Shown piece by piece: positions 1 through 7,945 of a DNA stretch of 36,412 nt. The translations under genes and the position numbers were made by a program. Numbering within the stretch: position 1 is the stretch's first letter; each line of letters begins with the position of its first letter. Where the stretch lies: contig JARICQ010000072.1 in assembly GCA_029264075.1 (NCBI GenBank), forward strand, positions 1 to 36,412. Direction: 5' to 3'. The notes under the pieces were generated by a model. The model was not told the origin of the DNA. It ran no database searches and saw only the letters and a list, made by a program, of their open reading frames with translations. This DNA comes from Tissierellaceae bacterium. Its GTDB lineage: Bacteria; Bacillota; Clostridia; Tissierellales; Tissierellaceae.

Positions 1-41
1 ATCAATAAGTAAACACCAATACCTTTAAAAGATCGTTTCAA
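1..41 (-). CDS. ftsH: 5' end of a CDS running off the window; probable FtsH (ATP-dependent zinc metalloprotease) N-terminus
   Basis: Minus strand reads GGAGGG-agaattccta-TTG AAA CGA TCT TTT AAA GGT ATT GGT GTT TAC TTA TTG = (M)KRSFKGIGVYLL. This is a basic N-terminus entering a hydrophobic helix, as in FtsH. A Shine-Dalgarno lies about 10 nt upstream of the TTG at 41. tilS-hpt-ftsH is the conserved Firmicutes order. Only 13 codons are visible, so identity rests mainly on synteny. Confidence 0.4.
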   Translation of the reverse strand, partial: MKRSFKGIGVYLL

Positions 42-106
42 TAGGAATTCTCCCTCCTTTTTATTCAATAATATATGATTATATCACGATTACACTTTTT
101 TTACAA

Positions 107-652
107 CTAATCTTCCTTCATATAAACTTCTTCTTTTAATGCTGCCACATATGGAAGATTTCTTCCTATTTCATCATAGTCTAGGCCATATCCGACTACA
201 AATTCATCTGGGATTTCAAAGCCCAAGTAGTCAACATGTACATCGGCCTTTCTTCTATCTGGCTTATCTAATAGGCTACAAACCTTTACAGATTTGGCTC
301 CTCTTTTTTTCAGATTGTCTATTAAATAAGAAAGAGTATATCCAGTATCTATTATATCCTCTATTATCAATATATCTGTATTTTCAACACTAAAATCCAA
401 ATCCTTGATTATTCTTACTTCACCAGTAGAAACTGAGGACCTGCCATAGCTTGAGACTGCCATAAAATCAAGTCTTGCTGGAATCTTTATCTCTCTAGCA
501 ATATCTGCCATAAATATGACAGCACCTTTTAATATACCTACTAGAAGCAGGTTTTTGCCCTTGTAGTCATCTGTAATCATTTTCCCAAGTTCTTTTGTCT
601 TCTCAGCTATGTCATCTTCGCTTACTAAGACCTTTTTAATTAGTTTTTCCAT
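107..652 (-). CDS. hpt: hypoxanthine(-guanine) phosphoribosyltransferase
   Basis: 181 aa. PRPP-binding loop [14 protein letters not shown], the [20 protein letters not shown] and DFMAVSSYG motifs, and C-terminal VVGYGLDY are typical of Hpt. SD GGAGG is 5 nt upstream. The gene sits directly downstream of tilS. Confidence 0.93.
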   Translation of the reverse strand: MEKLIKKVLVSEDDIAEKTKELGKMITDDYKGKNLLLVGILKGAVIFMADIAREIKIPARLDFMAVSSYGRSSVSTGEVRIIKDLDFSVENTDILIIEDIIDTGYTLSYLIDNLKKRGAKSVKVCSLLDKPDRRKADVHVDYLGFEIPDEFVVGYGLDYDEIGRNLPYVAALKEEVYMKED

Positions 653-669
653 CTCTTCCTCCCTTAACC

Positions 670-2052
670 CTATATTTTTTCATAAGATATTTTCAAAACA
701 TTTTTTGTATCTTTGTCTATCCTATATTTTTCATCAGTCCTATATCCTACTACCCACAAAATAGATTTTCTATCAACAATTAAGGGAATTTTATCTCTTA
801 AATCCTTGGATATTTTCTCATCAATAAAAAAGTCTTTTATTTTCTTGCTGCCTTTCATTCCAAAAGGTAGAAATCTATCTCCAGCTCTCCTATTCCTAAC
901 CCCTAAATCTCCTACTATTTTATCCCTATCGAAGTATTGTGTATTCTTATAGCTTACTCTTTTCTTATAATCTTCTATAGAAATTAACTCAATGTTAAAA
1001 TAATATCCTATCTCATCTAATTTTACAAGGCCAAAATTTGGAATTTCATGGAAATAATCGCCTTTTTTCTCAAGCCTAGTCTCTACTATTATCTTATCAT
1101 AATCTATCTTTAAAACAATGTCTTTTGAAAAATGAACTTCCTTGCCAGTATTTTTCTTATATATTAAATCTATGGCATTTGATATTTGAGCTTCTGTAAT
1201 TCCTTGAAGGGATTTGTTGATCCTTGAGATAGAATGTCTGATTACCCTTTGAACTATACTTAGATGAAAGTCTACTAGTAGATTTAAATCAAGTAGAAGC
1301 CTATCTTTTTTTTCAAGCTTAAGAACTTTTTTATATGCTTTTTCTGTATACTCTCTAAGAAAATCACTATCTAAAGAAGCTATCTCAGAAGTTCTCCACA
1401 TGGTGTCGATTATATTGGGATTGAAATGCTTCTCTACATATGGAATGGCTTCCAATCTCACCTTGTTTCTATTGTATATGGCTTGGAAATTTGTCATATC
1501 AGATACAATCTCTATATTTTTATCGCATATATACTTTTCAATATCTTCTCTACTGATCCCTAGAAGTGGCCTTATTATATCGCCTGATATAAAGTCCATC
1601 CCCCTCAACCCATCTATTCCAGTACCTCTCATAAATCTCATAATCAAGGTCTCGGCCTGATCATTTTTGTTGTGGGCTACAGCAATCTTTCCCCCACCTA
1701 GTTTCTTTGTTATTTCTCTAAAAAACCCATATCTGAGTTCTCTTCCTGCCTCTTCCGAAGTTATCCCCTTGTCCTTGCCATATTTAACCATATCTACATC
1801 ACGTGAGTAATATGGAAGATCCAGCTTCTTAGCTTCTTCTTTTACAAAGTTTTGATCTCTCAAGGCATCTTCTCCTCTTACCCCATGGTTGACATGAGCT
1901 ATATGGATATTGAATTGGAACTCTTCTCTTAGTTCTATAAGTAGATAAAGAAGGGCCATGGAATCCGCTCCCCCTGAAACTCCAATCACTATATTTTCTT
2001 CGTCTTCTATCAAGGAGTGCTTTTCTATTTCATCTCTTACCCTGTCTTTCAT
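670..2052 (-). CDS. tilS: tRNA(Ile)-lysidine synthetase
   Basis: 460 aa. N-terminal PP-loop ATPase motif [10 protein letters not shown] followed by HVNHGVRG, with a TilS substrate-binding C-terminal extension. SD GAGGTG is 5 nt upstream of the ATG. Position upstream of hpt is conserved. Confidence 0.93.
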   Translation of the reverse strand: MKDRVRDEIEKHSLIEDEENIVIGVSGGADSMALLYLLIELREEFQFNIHIAHVNHGVRGEDALRDQNFVKEEAKKLDLPYYSRDVDMVKYGKDKGITSEEAGRELRYGFFREITKKLGGGKIAVAHNKNDQAETLIMRFMRGTGIDGLRGMDFISGDIIRPLLGISREDIEKYICDKNIEIVSDMTNFQAIYNRNKVRLEAIPYVEKHFNPNIIDTMWRTSEIASLDSDFLREYTEKAYKKVLKLEKKDRLLLDLNLLVDFHLSIVQRVIRHSISRINKSLQGITEAQISNAIDLIYKKNTGKEVHFSKDIVLKIDYDKIIVETRLEKKGDYFHEIPNFGLVKLDEIGYYFNIELISIEDYKKRVSYKNTQYFDRDKIVGDLGVRNRRAGDRFLPFGMKGSKKIKDFFIDEKISKDLRDKIPLIVDRKSILWVVGYRTDEKYRIDKDTKNVLKISYEKI

Positions 2053-2083
2053 CCTGTCACCTCTCCTCTATAGTATACTAGGA

Positions 2084-2112
2084 ACTATACAGTTATTGCC
2101 CTATATTGTCAA
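2084..2112 (-). promoter_or_regulatory. predicted sigma-A promoter for tilS-hpt-ftsH
   Basis: Minus strand: TTGACA (2107-2112), exactly 17 nt (atatagggcaataactg), then TATAGT (2084-2089). It lies about 30 nt upstream of the tilS ATG. The -35 hexamer sits inside the left arm of the 26-bp palindrome. Confidence 0.5.
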
Positions 2113-2155
2113 TATCTGAGAACACCTTACAGATATTGACAATATAGGGCAATAA
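2093..2155. repeat. perfect inverted repeat, 26-bp arms (2093-2118 / 2130-2155) with an 11-nt spacer
   Basis: Left arm is TTATTGCCCTATATTGTCAATATCTG and right arm is CAGATATTGACAATATAGGGCAATAA. These are exact reverse complements, checked base by base. Confidence 0.95.
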
Positions 2156-2180
2156 AAAAAACCGGAAATCTCCGGTTTTT
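2154..2180 (-). terminator. rho-independent terminator of the yabR-like gene
   Basis: Minus strand: the stop codon is followed by ACCGGA-gatt-TCCGGT (a 6-bp stem, 2161-2176), then a run of 7 T (the A-run 2154-2160 on the plus strand). The stem is short, so strength is uncertain. Confidence 0.5.
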
Positions 2181-2595
2181 AGTCTGAGCCACCCATGTTT
2201 CGAGCACCCATACCACTACTTTTTTTGTTATCTCTTGATTTTAATTGGTCGTGTCTTTCATTGCTATCTTTTAAGAATTGATTCATTTTGTCCTCAAAAG
2301 ACAATCCCTTTTGACTGTTGTCTGCTTTGTTCCACTCTATTTCCGCCGGCTGTGTACTCTTTGGCTTAGCCTGCCTAATTGAAAGACTAATCTTGTTGTC
2401 TTGCGAAATAGATAAGACCTTCACCTTTATTTTTTCACCTTTTTTAACATAGTCTGATACCTTCTCCACATAATCATGTGATATTTCTGAAATATGAACC
2501 AGACCACTTTTGCCTGCTGGCAGCTGAACAAAAGCTCCAAAATTAGTGATACCTGTTACAGTGCCCTCAATAATCTCCCCTACTGATACCGTCAT
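2179..2595 (-). CDS. yabR: S1 RNA-binding domain protein (YabR-like)
   Basis: 138 aa. The N-terminal S1 fold signature is GEIIEGTVTGITNFGAFVQLPAGKSGLVHISEISHDYVEKVSDYVKKGEKIKVKVLSI. The C-terminal tail is basic and disordered. It occupies the yabR position between divIC and tilS. Confidence 0.85.
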   Translation of the reverse strand: MTVSVGEIIEGTVTGITNFGAFVQLPAGKSGLVHISEISHDYVEKVSDYVKKGEKIKVKVLSISQDNKISLSIRQAKPKSTQPAEIEWNKADNSQKGLSFEDKMNQFLKDSNERHDQLKSRDNKKSSGMGARNMGGSD

Positions 2596-2634
2596 AGATT
2601 AATGACTCCTCCTTAAATATATTATTCTAAAACA

Positions 2635-2663
2635 AGTATATATTAGAAATACAAGATTGTCAA
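2635..2663 (-). promoter_or_regulatory. predicted sigma-A promoter for the yabR-like gene
   Basis: Minus strand: TTGACA (2658-2663), a 17-nt spacer (atcttgtatttctaata), then TATACT (2635-2640). It lies about 40 nt upstream of the ATG. Confidence 0.5.
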
Positions 2664-2674
2664 CAATTTATCTC

Positions 2675-2989
2675 TTATTGATCTTTAAAAGCGGAGCTCT
2701 TTTCTTTGTTTTTATCTATATAGATTATCTCCCTTGGCTTTACCATGCCAAAGTCTTCTCTGGCTATCTTTTCTACAAACTCTAAAGTATGGCTACTTTC
2801 TACTTGTCGGTTTAAATCCTCAATCGTAAGCTTCAATTGATTGATTTCTGATATATTCTCTTGTTTTTTTGCTTCCAATTCATCTAACATCCTATTCTGA
2901 TTGAAAAACACCGTAGAAACATATATAAATAGAAATGATAGAAGAACGTGAATTAACTTTAATTTTTTCTTTCGTTTTTTCTTTGCCAT
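2675..2989 (-). CDS. divIC: septum formation initiator (FtsB/DivIC family)
   Basis: 104 aa. It has a basic N-terminus (MAKKKRKKK), a single TM helix, a coiled-coil segment (LDELEAKKQENISEINQLKLTIEDLNRQVE), and the conserved EKIAREDFGMVKPREI tail. SD GGGGGAGG is 6 nt upstream. Confidence 0.82.
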   Translation of the reverse strand: MAKKKRKKKLKLIHVLLSFLFIYVSTVFFNQNRMLDELEAKKQENISEINQLKLTIEDLNRQVESSHTLEFVEKIAREDFGMVKPREIIYIDKNKEKSSAFKDQ

Positions 2990-3118
2990 AAAAATCCTCC
3001 CCCATTATTTCCTATACTATATATAGTACTACAAACACATGAAAAATTCTCTATTTTTTAAAAATAAAATCTATTCTTGTCCAAAGGTTTGTATTAGAAT
3101 ACTTTCCCAACAATTATA

Positions 3119-3358
3119 TTAGATTCTTCTATATAGTTTTTCTGCATCTTCTTTTCTAACATTCTCTTTTAAATCGACTATCTCTATCTTCATCTCTTCA
3201 CTACCAAAGCTGATTGAAACTTGATCTCCTACCTTTACCTCATCTCCAGCTTTTGCCTGTCTATCATTGATCAAAACTCTTCCCCTGTCACAGGCTTCTT
3301 TGGCAATGGTTCTTCTTTTAATTATTCTTGAGTTTTTCAAATACTTGTCTATCCTCAC
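3119..3358 (-). CDS. rqcP: S4-domain RNA-binding protein (YabO/RqcP, Hsp15-like)
   Basis: 79 aa. The S4 motif is RIDKYLKNSRIIKRRTIAKEACDRGRVLINDRQAKAGDEVKVGD. The start is GTG at 3358 with SD GGGGTG 5 nt upstream. It holds the syntenic yabO position between yabN/hup and divIC. Confidence 0.8.
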   Translation of the reverse strand: MRIDKYLKNSRIIKRRTIAKEACDRGRVLINDRQAKAGDEVKVGDQVSISFGSEEMKIEIVDLKENVRKEDAEKLYRRI

Positions 3359-3387
3359 ACTTTCACCCCTTGCAAATAGAATGATTG

Positions 3388-3413
3388 AAAAAAAAGCCAG
3401 GCAAAAGCCTAGC
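3388..3413 (-). terminator. rho-independent terminator of hup
   Basis: Minus strand: GCTAGGC-tttt-GCCTGGC, a 7-bp stem with one G-U pair, followed by TTTTTTTT. It lies 20 nt after the hup stop codon. Confidence 0.65.
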
Positions 3414-3433
3414 TTATTTTTATTTTTTTATTC

Positions 3434-3715
3434 TTACTTTTTGTTTACTATTTCTTTTAGATTTTTACCTGCTTTGAATACTGGTGCCTTTGATGCAGGA
3501 ATTTGAATTACTTGTTCTGGATTTCTAGGATTTGTTCCTTCTCTTGCTTTTCTGTCTCTAACTTCAAAAGTTCCAAATCCTACTAATTGAACTTTTTCAC
3601 CAGTTTCTAGTGTTTCTTCTACTGTGTTTATAAATGCATTTAATGCTGTTTCTGCATCCTTTTTTGTCATTTCAGCTTTTTCTGCCATGCTAGTTATTAA
3701 TTCTGATTTATTCAT
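3434..3715 (-). CDS. hup: HU family DNA-binding protein
   Basis: 93 aa. Signature MNKSELI...[26 protein letters not shown]..[14 protein letters not shown] is classic HU. SD AGGAGG is 8 nt upstream. Confidence 0.93.
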   Translation of the reverse strand: [93 protein letters not shown]

Positions 3716-3793
3716 TAGTCATTCCTCCTTAAAATTGTAATAGCTTTCCTACTTGATCTTATATAATTAAAAATTTACAAGCGTCTTTAATAG

Positions 3794-5260
3794 CTACCAT
3801 ACTTTTCTTTCATCATCTTTGGCCTTATCCCAAAGATGATCCATCTCTTCCAAAGTCATATCCTCTAGTTTTTTTCCTTGCTCTTCTGCTGACCTTTCAA
3901 TAAATTCAAATCTAGATTTGAATTTATCTATGGCTTTATTCAAGGCTAGTTCTGGATTTACTTTTAAAAACCTGGATGTGTTTACTGTAGCAAATAAGAG
4001 ATCTCCAAGTTCTTCCTCTATATGTATATGGCCTAGAGGAAATTTGTCTATAGCTTCAAGCAACTCCTTATATTCTTCCCTTATCTTATCTAACGGGTCT
4101 TTTAGGTCTTCCCAATCAAAACCTACTTCTGCAGCTTTTTCCTGAATTTTAAAACTCATCATAAGTCCAGGCAGCCTTGGTAGATCTTTAAATTTATCAG
4201 ATACTTTAACTATATTTCTCTTATTATACTTTAGTTCATTCCAATTATACCCTATTTGACTGGAGTTGACCAGCTTTTTTTCTTTAAATACATGTGGATG
4301 CCTATATATTAATTTTTTTGCCAACTTGGACATAGTGTCATATATATTAAATCCACCTTCTTCATAGGCTATCTCAGAATGAAGCAGAACCTGAAGAAGT
4401 ACATCTCCCAACTCTTCTGAAATATCATCTATGTCACCCTTATCTATAGCATCTACCAGTTCATAGGCTTCTTCTATCATGCACTGTCTAATTGATTCAT
4501 GGGTCTGTTCCATATCCCAAGGGCAGCCATCTTTAGACCTTAACAATTTTATTATACCCAATAAATCATTAAAATCAAATGTTTTTTTATCTTTTTTCTC
4601 TATTTTAGGGATATAGAGACTAGTTAGTGGTCCAACTTCTTCTATTCGGTCAAGTTCATATATGGGAATAAGATTCTTTTCTTCCTCACCTCTTACTCCT
4701 GCACTGTGGATGGTATATATCATATAATCATCCCCGTATACTTCAGATAGGGCTAACTTAATTTCAGATAATATCCTTCTATTGTAGACCTGGGTTACTA
4801 TGGTATCTGAATTTATATCTATGTCAAGCATATCAAATACGGAACCATCTACTAGCCTTAATCCATCTATTGGATCCCTATCCACAAGCTCAATGAGGGG
4901 CTCAATAAAACTCATTCCAGATACTATTTCAATTTCTAAATCTTTTTTCTCCTTTAAAAGTTCAACAGTTTTTTCTGCAAGCAGAGGATTACCTGGCACA
5001 AAATAGTTGATAACCTTGTCCTTAGATTCAATAACTAGGGCTTCTACTATATTTTCATATACAGTTTTAAAGTCCTCTTCATCTTCATAAAAATAATCAT
5101 AAGCCTTATAAGGAATATTTTTTTCTTTAAAATACTCAACTGTCGGATGATTTTCTGTTCTTAAGTAATTTGCATCTCCTGAGTTTATCCTATCAATAGC
5201 ACCTAGAGTAAGCCTATCTTTATTTCCAGGGCCAAGTCCTACTACATAAATCTTTCCCAT
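3794..5260 (-). CDS. mazG: tetrapyrrole-methylase-like domain fused to tandem MazG NTP pyrophosphohydrolase domains (YabN type)
   Basis: 488 aa. The N-terminus IYVVGLGPGNKDRLTLGA matches the TP-methylase family. The C-terminal half has two MazG repeats: GCPWDMEQTHESIRQCMIEEAYELVDAI...ELGDVLLQVLLH and EELGDLLFATVNTSRF. The architecture matches B. subtilis YabN. Confidence 0.88.
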   Translation of the reverse strand: MGKIYVVGLGPGNKDRLTLGAIDRINSGDANYLRTENHPTVEYFKEKNIPYKAYDYFYEDEEDFKTVYENIVEALVIESKDKVINYFVPGNPLLAEKTVELLKEKKDLEIEIVSGMSFIEPLIELVDRDPIDGLRLVDGSVFDMLDIDINSDTIVTQVYNRRILSEIKLALSEVYGDDYMIYTIHSAGVRGEEEKNLIPIYELDRIEEVGPLTSLYIPKIEKKDKKTFDFNDLLGIIKLLRSKDGCPWDMEQTHESIRQCMIEEAYELVDAIDKGDIDDISEELGDVLLQVLLHSEIAYEEGGFNIYDTMSKLAKKLIYRHPHVFKEKKLVNSSQIGYNWNELKYNKRNIVKVSDKFKDLPRLPGLMMSFKIQEKAAEVGFDWEDLKDPLDKIREEYKELLEAIDKFPLGHIHIEEELGDLLFATVNTSRFLKVNPELALNKAIDKFKSRFEFIERSAEEQGKKLEDMTLEEMDHLWDKAKDDERKVW

Positions 5261-5278
5261 TTTCTTCTCCTTTATATT

Positions 5279-6904
5279 CTATTTCAACAAGTTAAATCTA
5301 TCCAAAAGCGTTTTTATCTTAGCTCCCTTTGGTATGAATTCCAAATCCTTTGAGCTAATAGTTCCTGTAAGGATGAGTAGTACAAAGTAAGCTATGGCAC
5401 TGATAAATACAGATACTAAAGTTGCTAATTGGTCTCCCCTTCTTATACCCAAGAAAAGCCTAGTTAAAAGCGGGTGGGAGAAAAATGCTACCATACCCAT
5501 ACCCAGGGCGGATATAAGGGGCCTCATAAATACATCTTTTATATTTAAACTTATATTGCTATATTTAATTACCGATATTAGATCCAGTATAGCTGCAATC
5601 ATAAAGGCTATTACCGTAGAGATTGCCGCTCCACTTATATTTATACTGGGTATTGCCGTTAAAATATATGATAGGAGAACTTTGACACCAGCCCCTATAA
5701 AGAGATTTACAGCGGGTATCATCGGTTGACCCAATCCTTGCAAAATAGAGGAAAGGGATTGGATTAGAGTAAGAAACACAACTCCAAGTGAAAGCGTCCT
5801 CAACAAGCTCCCTACACTCAATATGGTCTCTGGAGAGTTCCTAAAATACAGAAGTGATATGATAGGATTTGCAAGTACATATAAGCCTATAGCTGCTGGA
5901 AGCCCTATCAATAGGGTCATGCGTATTCCTGAGGATACTATATTCTCCATTTCCTTCTCTTCGCCCCTAGCATTTGCACTTGAAATGGCTGGTACAAGGC
6001 TCATCGCTATTGCCATAGAAAATACCTGTGGGAAATTGATTAAGGTTTGAGCCATCCCCTTTAGATTTCCATAGAGTCCATTGGCCTCAGCCTTTGTATA
6101 TCCTATAGATTGGAGCCTATTAAGTACAATAGCTACATCTATGGTATCCATTATAGGCATTATGGCAGAGCCTATAGTTATTGGTATGGCTATGATCAAG
6201 AGATCCTTTATTATTCTATTTACCCTGTAGTCCTTGGTCTGGATACTTGTTTCCATTTCAGCCGCTATATGCTTTCTTCTATAGATATATATGGAAAGCA
6301 TGGTTAAGGTACCAAATACAGCTCCAACTGACCCTCCAAAAGATGCTCCTCCTGCAGCTATAGCAGTCCCCCTATCTAATAGATAGTAGGTAAGGGCTAG
6401 TCCAGACCCTACTCTAAATATTTGCTCTACAACTTGAGATAGGGCTGTTGGCGCCATGTTTTGATGGCCCTGAAAGAAACCTCTAAAGGATGCCATTATT
6501 GGCACAAATAAGAGGGCTGGCACAAGTGCTATAAGAGCATAGTAGGCATTTGGATTTCCAAGTCTTTCAACTATTTGCTCGCTAAAGAAAAATACAAAGG
6601 ATGAGGTCAGTATACCACCTAGTACGAGGCCCATTAGTGCTACCTTGAAGACCTTGTGTGCTGCCTTATAGTCTCCTATGGCTCTTTTTTCTGAAACTAG
6701 CTTTGCTATGGCAACAGGAAATCCTGCGGTAGATAGAGTAAGTAGAAGTGTGTAAAGAGGATATGCAGTCTGATAATATCCCATACCTTCAGATTTAATT
6801 ATATTTGAAAGCGGAAGTCTATATACTGCTCCTAGGACCTTGACTATAGCCCCAGCTATTCCCAGTATAGCCGCTCCTTTTATAAAGCTTTTATTCTTTG
6901 ACAT
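5279..6904 (-). CDS. MOP-superfamily polysaccharide/lipid II flippase-like membrane protein (SpoVB/YabM/MurJ-like)
   Basis: About 541 aa, polytopic. The N-terminus FIKGAAILGIAGAIVKVLGAVYRLPLSNIIKSEGMGYYQTAYPLY is typical of SpoVB/YabM-type proteins. The ORF extends to the ATG at 6910, but SD GGGGGA (6911-6916) abuts that ATG and is 6 nt from the in-frame ATG at 6904. I therefore prefer 6904. Confidence 0.82.
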   Translation of the reverse strand: MSKNKSFIKGAAILGIAGAIVKVLGAVYRLPLSNIIKSEGMGYYQTAYPLYTLLLTLSTAGFPVAIAKLVSEKRAIGDYKAAHKVFKVALMGLVLGGILTSSFVFFFSEQIVERLGNPNAYYALIALVPALLFVPIMASFRGFFQGHQNMAPTALSQVVEQIFRVGSGLALTYYLLDRGTAIAAGGASFGGSVGAVFGTLTMLSIYIYRRKHIAAEMETSIQTKDYRVNRIIKDLLIIAIPITIGSAIMPIMDTIDVAIVLNRLQSIGYTKAEANGLYGNLKGMAQTLINFPQVFSMAIAMSLVPAISSANARGEEKEMENIVSSGIRMTLLIGLPAAIGLYVLANPIISLLYFRNSPETILSVGSLLRTLSLGVVFLTLIQSLSSILQGLGQPMIPAVNLFIGAGVKVLLSYILTAIPSINISGAAISTVIAFMIAAILDLISVIKYSNISLNIKDVFMRPLISALGMGMVAFFSHPLLTRLFLGIRRGDQLATLVSVFISAIAYFVLLILTGTISSKDLEFIPKGAKIKTLLDRFNLLK

Positions 6905-6933
6905 TTTCATTCCCCCAAAAGATAATCTTTTAC

Positions 6934-6942
6934 ATTATATCA
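6934..6942 (-). promoter_or_regulatory. extended -10 element (TGaTATAAT) upstream of the flippase-yabN pair
   Basis: The minus strand reads agaTGaTATAATgt about 25 nt upstream of the start codon. No good -35 is present (GTTATT at 17 nt). Confidence 0.4.
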
Positions 6943-6961
6943 TCTAAGCATACAAAATAAC

Positions 6962-7007
6962 ACTAAAAGATAAAACCTATCGATTTCGATAGGCTTATCT
7001 TTTTTTT
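6962..7007 (-). terminator. rho-independent terminator after the prsA-like gene
   Basis: CCTATCG-attt-CGATAGG is a 7-bp stem (6976-6993), extendable through flanking GATAA/TTATC pairs. On the minus strand it is followed by TTTTATCTTTT. A T-run also follows it on the plus strand. Confidence 0.65.
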
Positions 7008-7015
7008 AAAAGGGA

Positions 7016-7936
7016 TTAGTAAATTACAACTTTTGCATTTTCTCTTAATCTATCTTTTTCTTGCTTATATTCATCTTCTTTCAATATCATTATCATTTCA
7101 TCTTTTAATTCTTCAAATTTATCTTTTTTATCTACAAGCTTGATTATATGATATCCAACTTCCGTCTTTACTATATCACTTATCTGACCCTTTTCTAGAT
7201 CGAAGGCTATCTCTTCAAATTCAGGAATTCTTGTACCCTTAGTAAAGTATCCCAAATCGCCACCTAGGAGTCCCGATGCCTTATCTACGGACAATTCTTC
7301 TGCAAGTTCTTCAAAATCCTCACCAGAATTTATCCTGTCCAAAACTAGCTGGGCCTGTTCTTCTGTCTTTACAAGTATATGACTTGCCCTGATTACTTCC
7401 AGCTGCTCCTTGTTTTCATTAAAAAAGTCTCTGGCCTCTTCTTCCTCTACTTCTATACTGGATATATAATCTTCCTTATGCTTGTTTACAAGGATCTCCT
7501 TCCTCAGATTTTCACTAAAGTATTCTCTTGTAATATCGCTAGTCTCTAAAAACTCACTGAACTCCTCTTCTCCACCTGTCATAGCTATATATTCTTCTAT
7601 TTTTTCAGCTAATTCTTCATCTGAAACAGAGATATCCATATTATCTGTCTCTTTTTTAATTATCTTTTCAAAGATCATCTTATCCAGTATCTGTTCTTTC
7701 AATATTTCTTCTAGGGCTCTTCCATCTTCTCCTATTTGAGACATGGCGTCTTCTCCAAACTGCCTAATATAAATGTTCTCAAAGAGATTATACTCATCAC
7801 TAAACTCTTCTTCTGTGATTTCTTCTTCTCCAACCTTTGCAACTACACCTTCCTTTGGCTGATCACATCCCGTCAGCAAGATAAGCAAAGCCAAGAAAGC
7901 TATTGTTATATTTATTTTTTTTAACACTTTCAACAT
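7016..7936 (-). CDS. prsA: PrsA-like lipoprotein, parvulin-type peptidyl-prolyl cis-trans isomerase
   Basis: 306 aa. The signal peptide carries a lipobox (LLILLTGC). The PPIC/parvulin core is ASHILV...GGDLGYFTKG...GYHIIKL. The N-terminal chaperone-like domain is acidic. The SD abuts the ATG at 7936, so the in-frame GTG at 7927 is an alternative start. Confidence 0.85.
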   Translation of the reverse strand: MLKVLKKINITIAFLALLILLTGCDQPKEGVVAKVGEEEITEEEFSDEYNLFENIYIRQFGEDAMSQIGEDGRALEEILKEQILDKMIFEKIIKKETDNMDISVSDEELAEKIEEYIAMTGGEEEFSEFLETSDITREYFSENLRKEILVNKHKEDYISSIEVEEEEARDFFNENKEQLEVIRASHILVKTEEQAQLVLDRINSGEDFEELAEELSVDKASGLLGGDLGYFTKGTRIPEFEEIAFDLEKGQISDIVKTEVGYHIIKLVDKKDKFEELKDEMIMILKEDEYKQEKDRLRENAKVVIY

Positions 7937-7945
7937 CCTCTCTAG

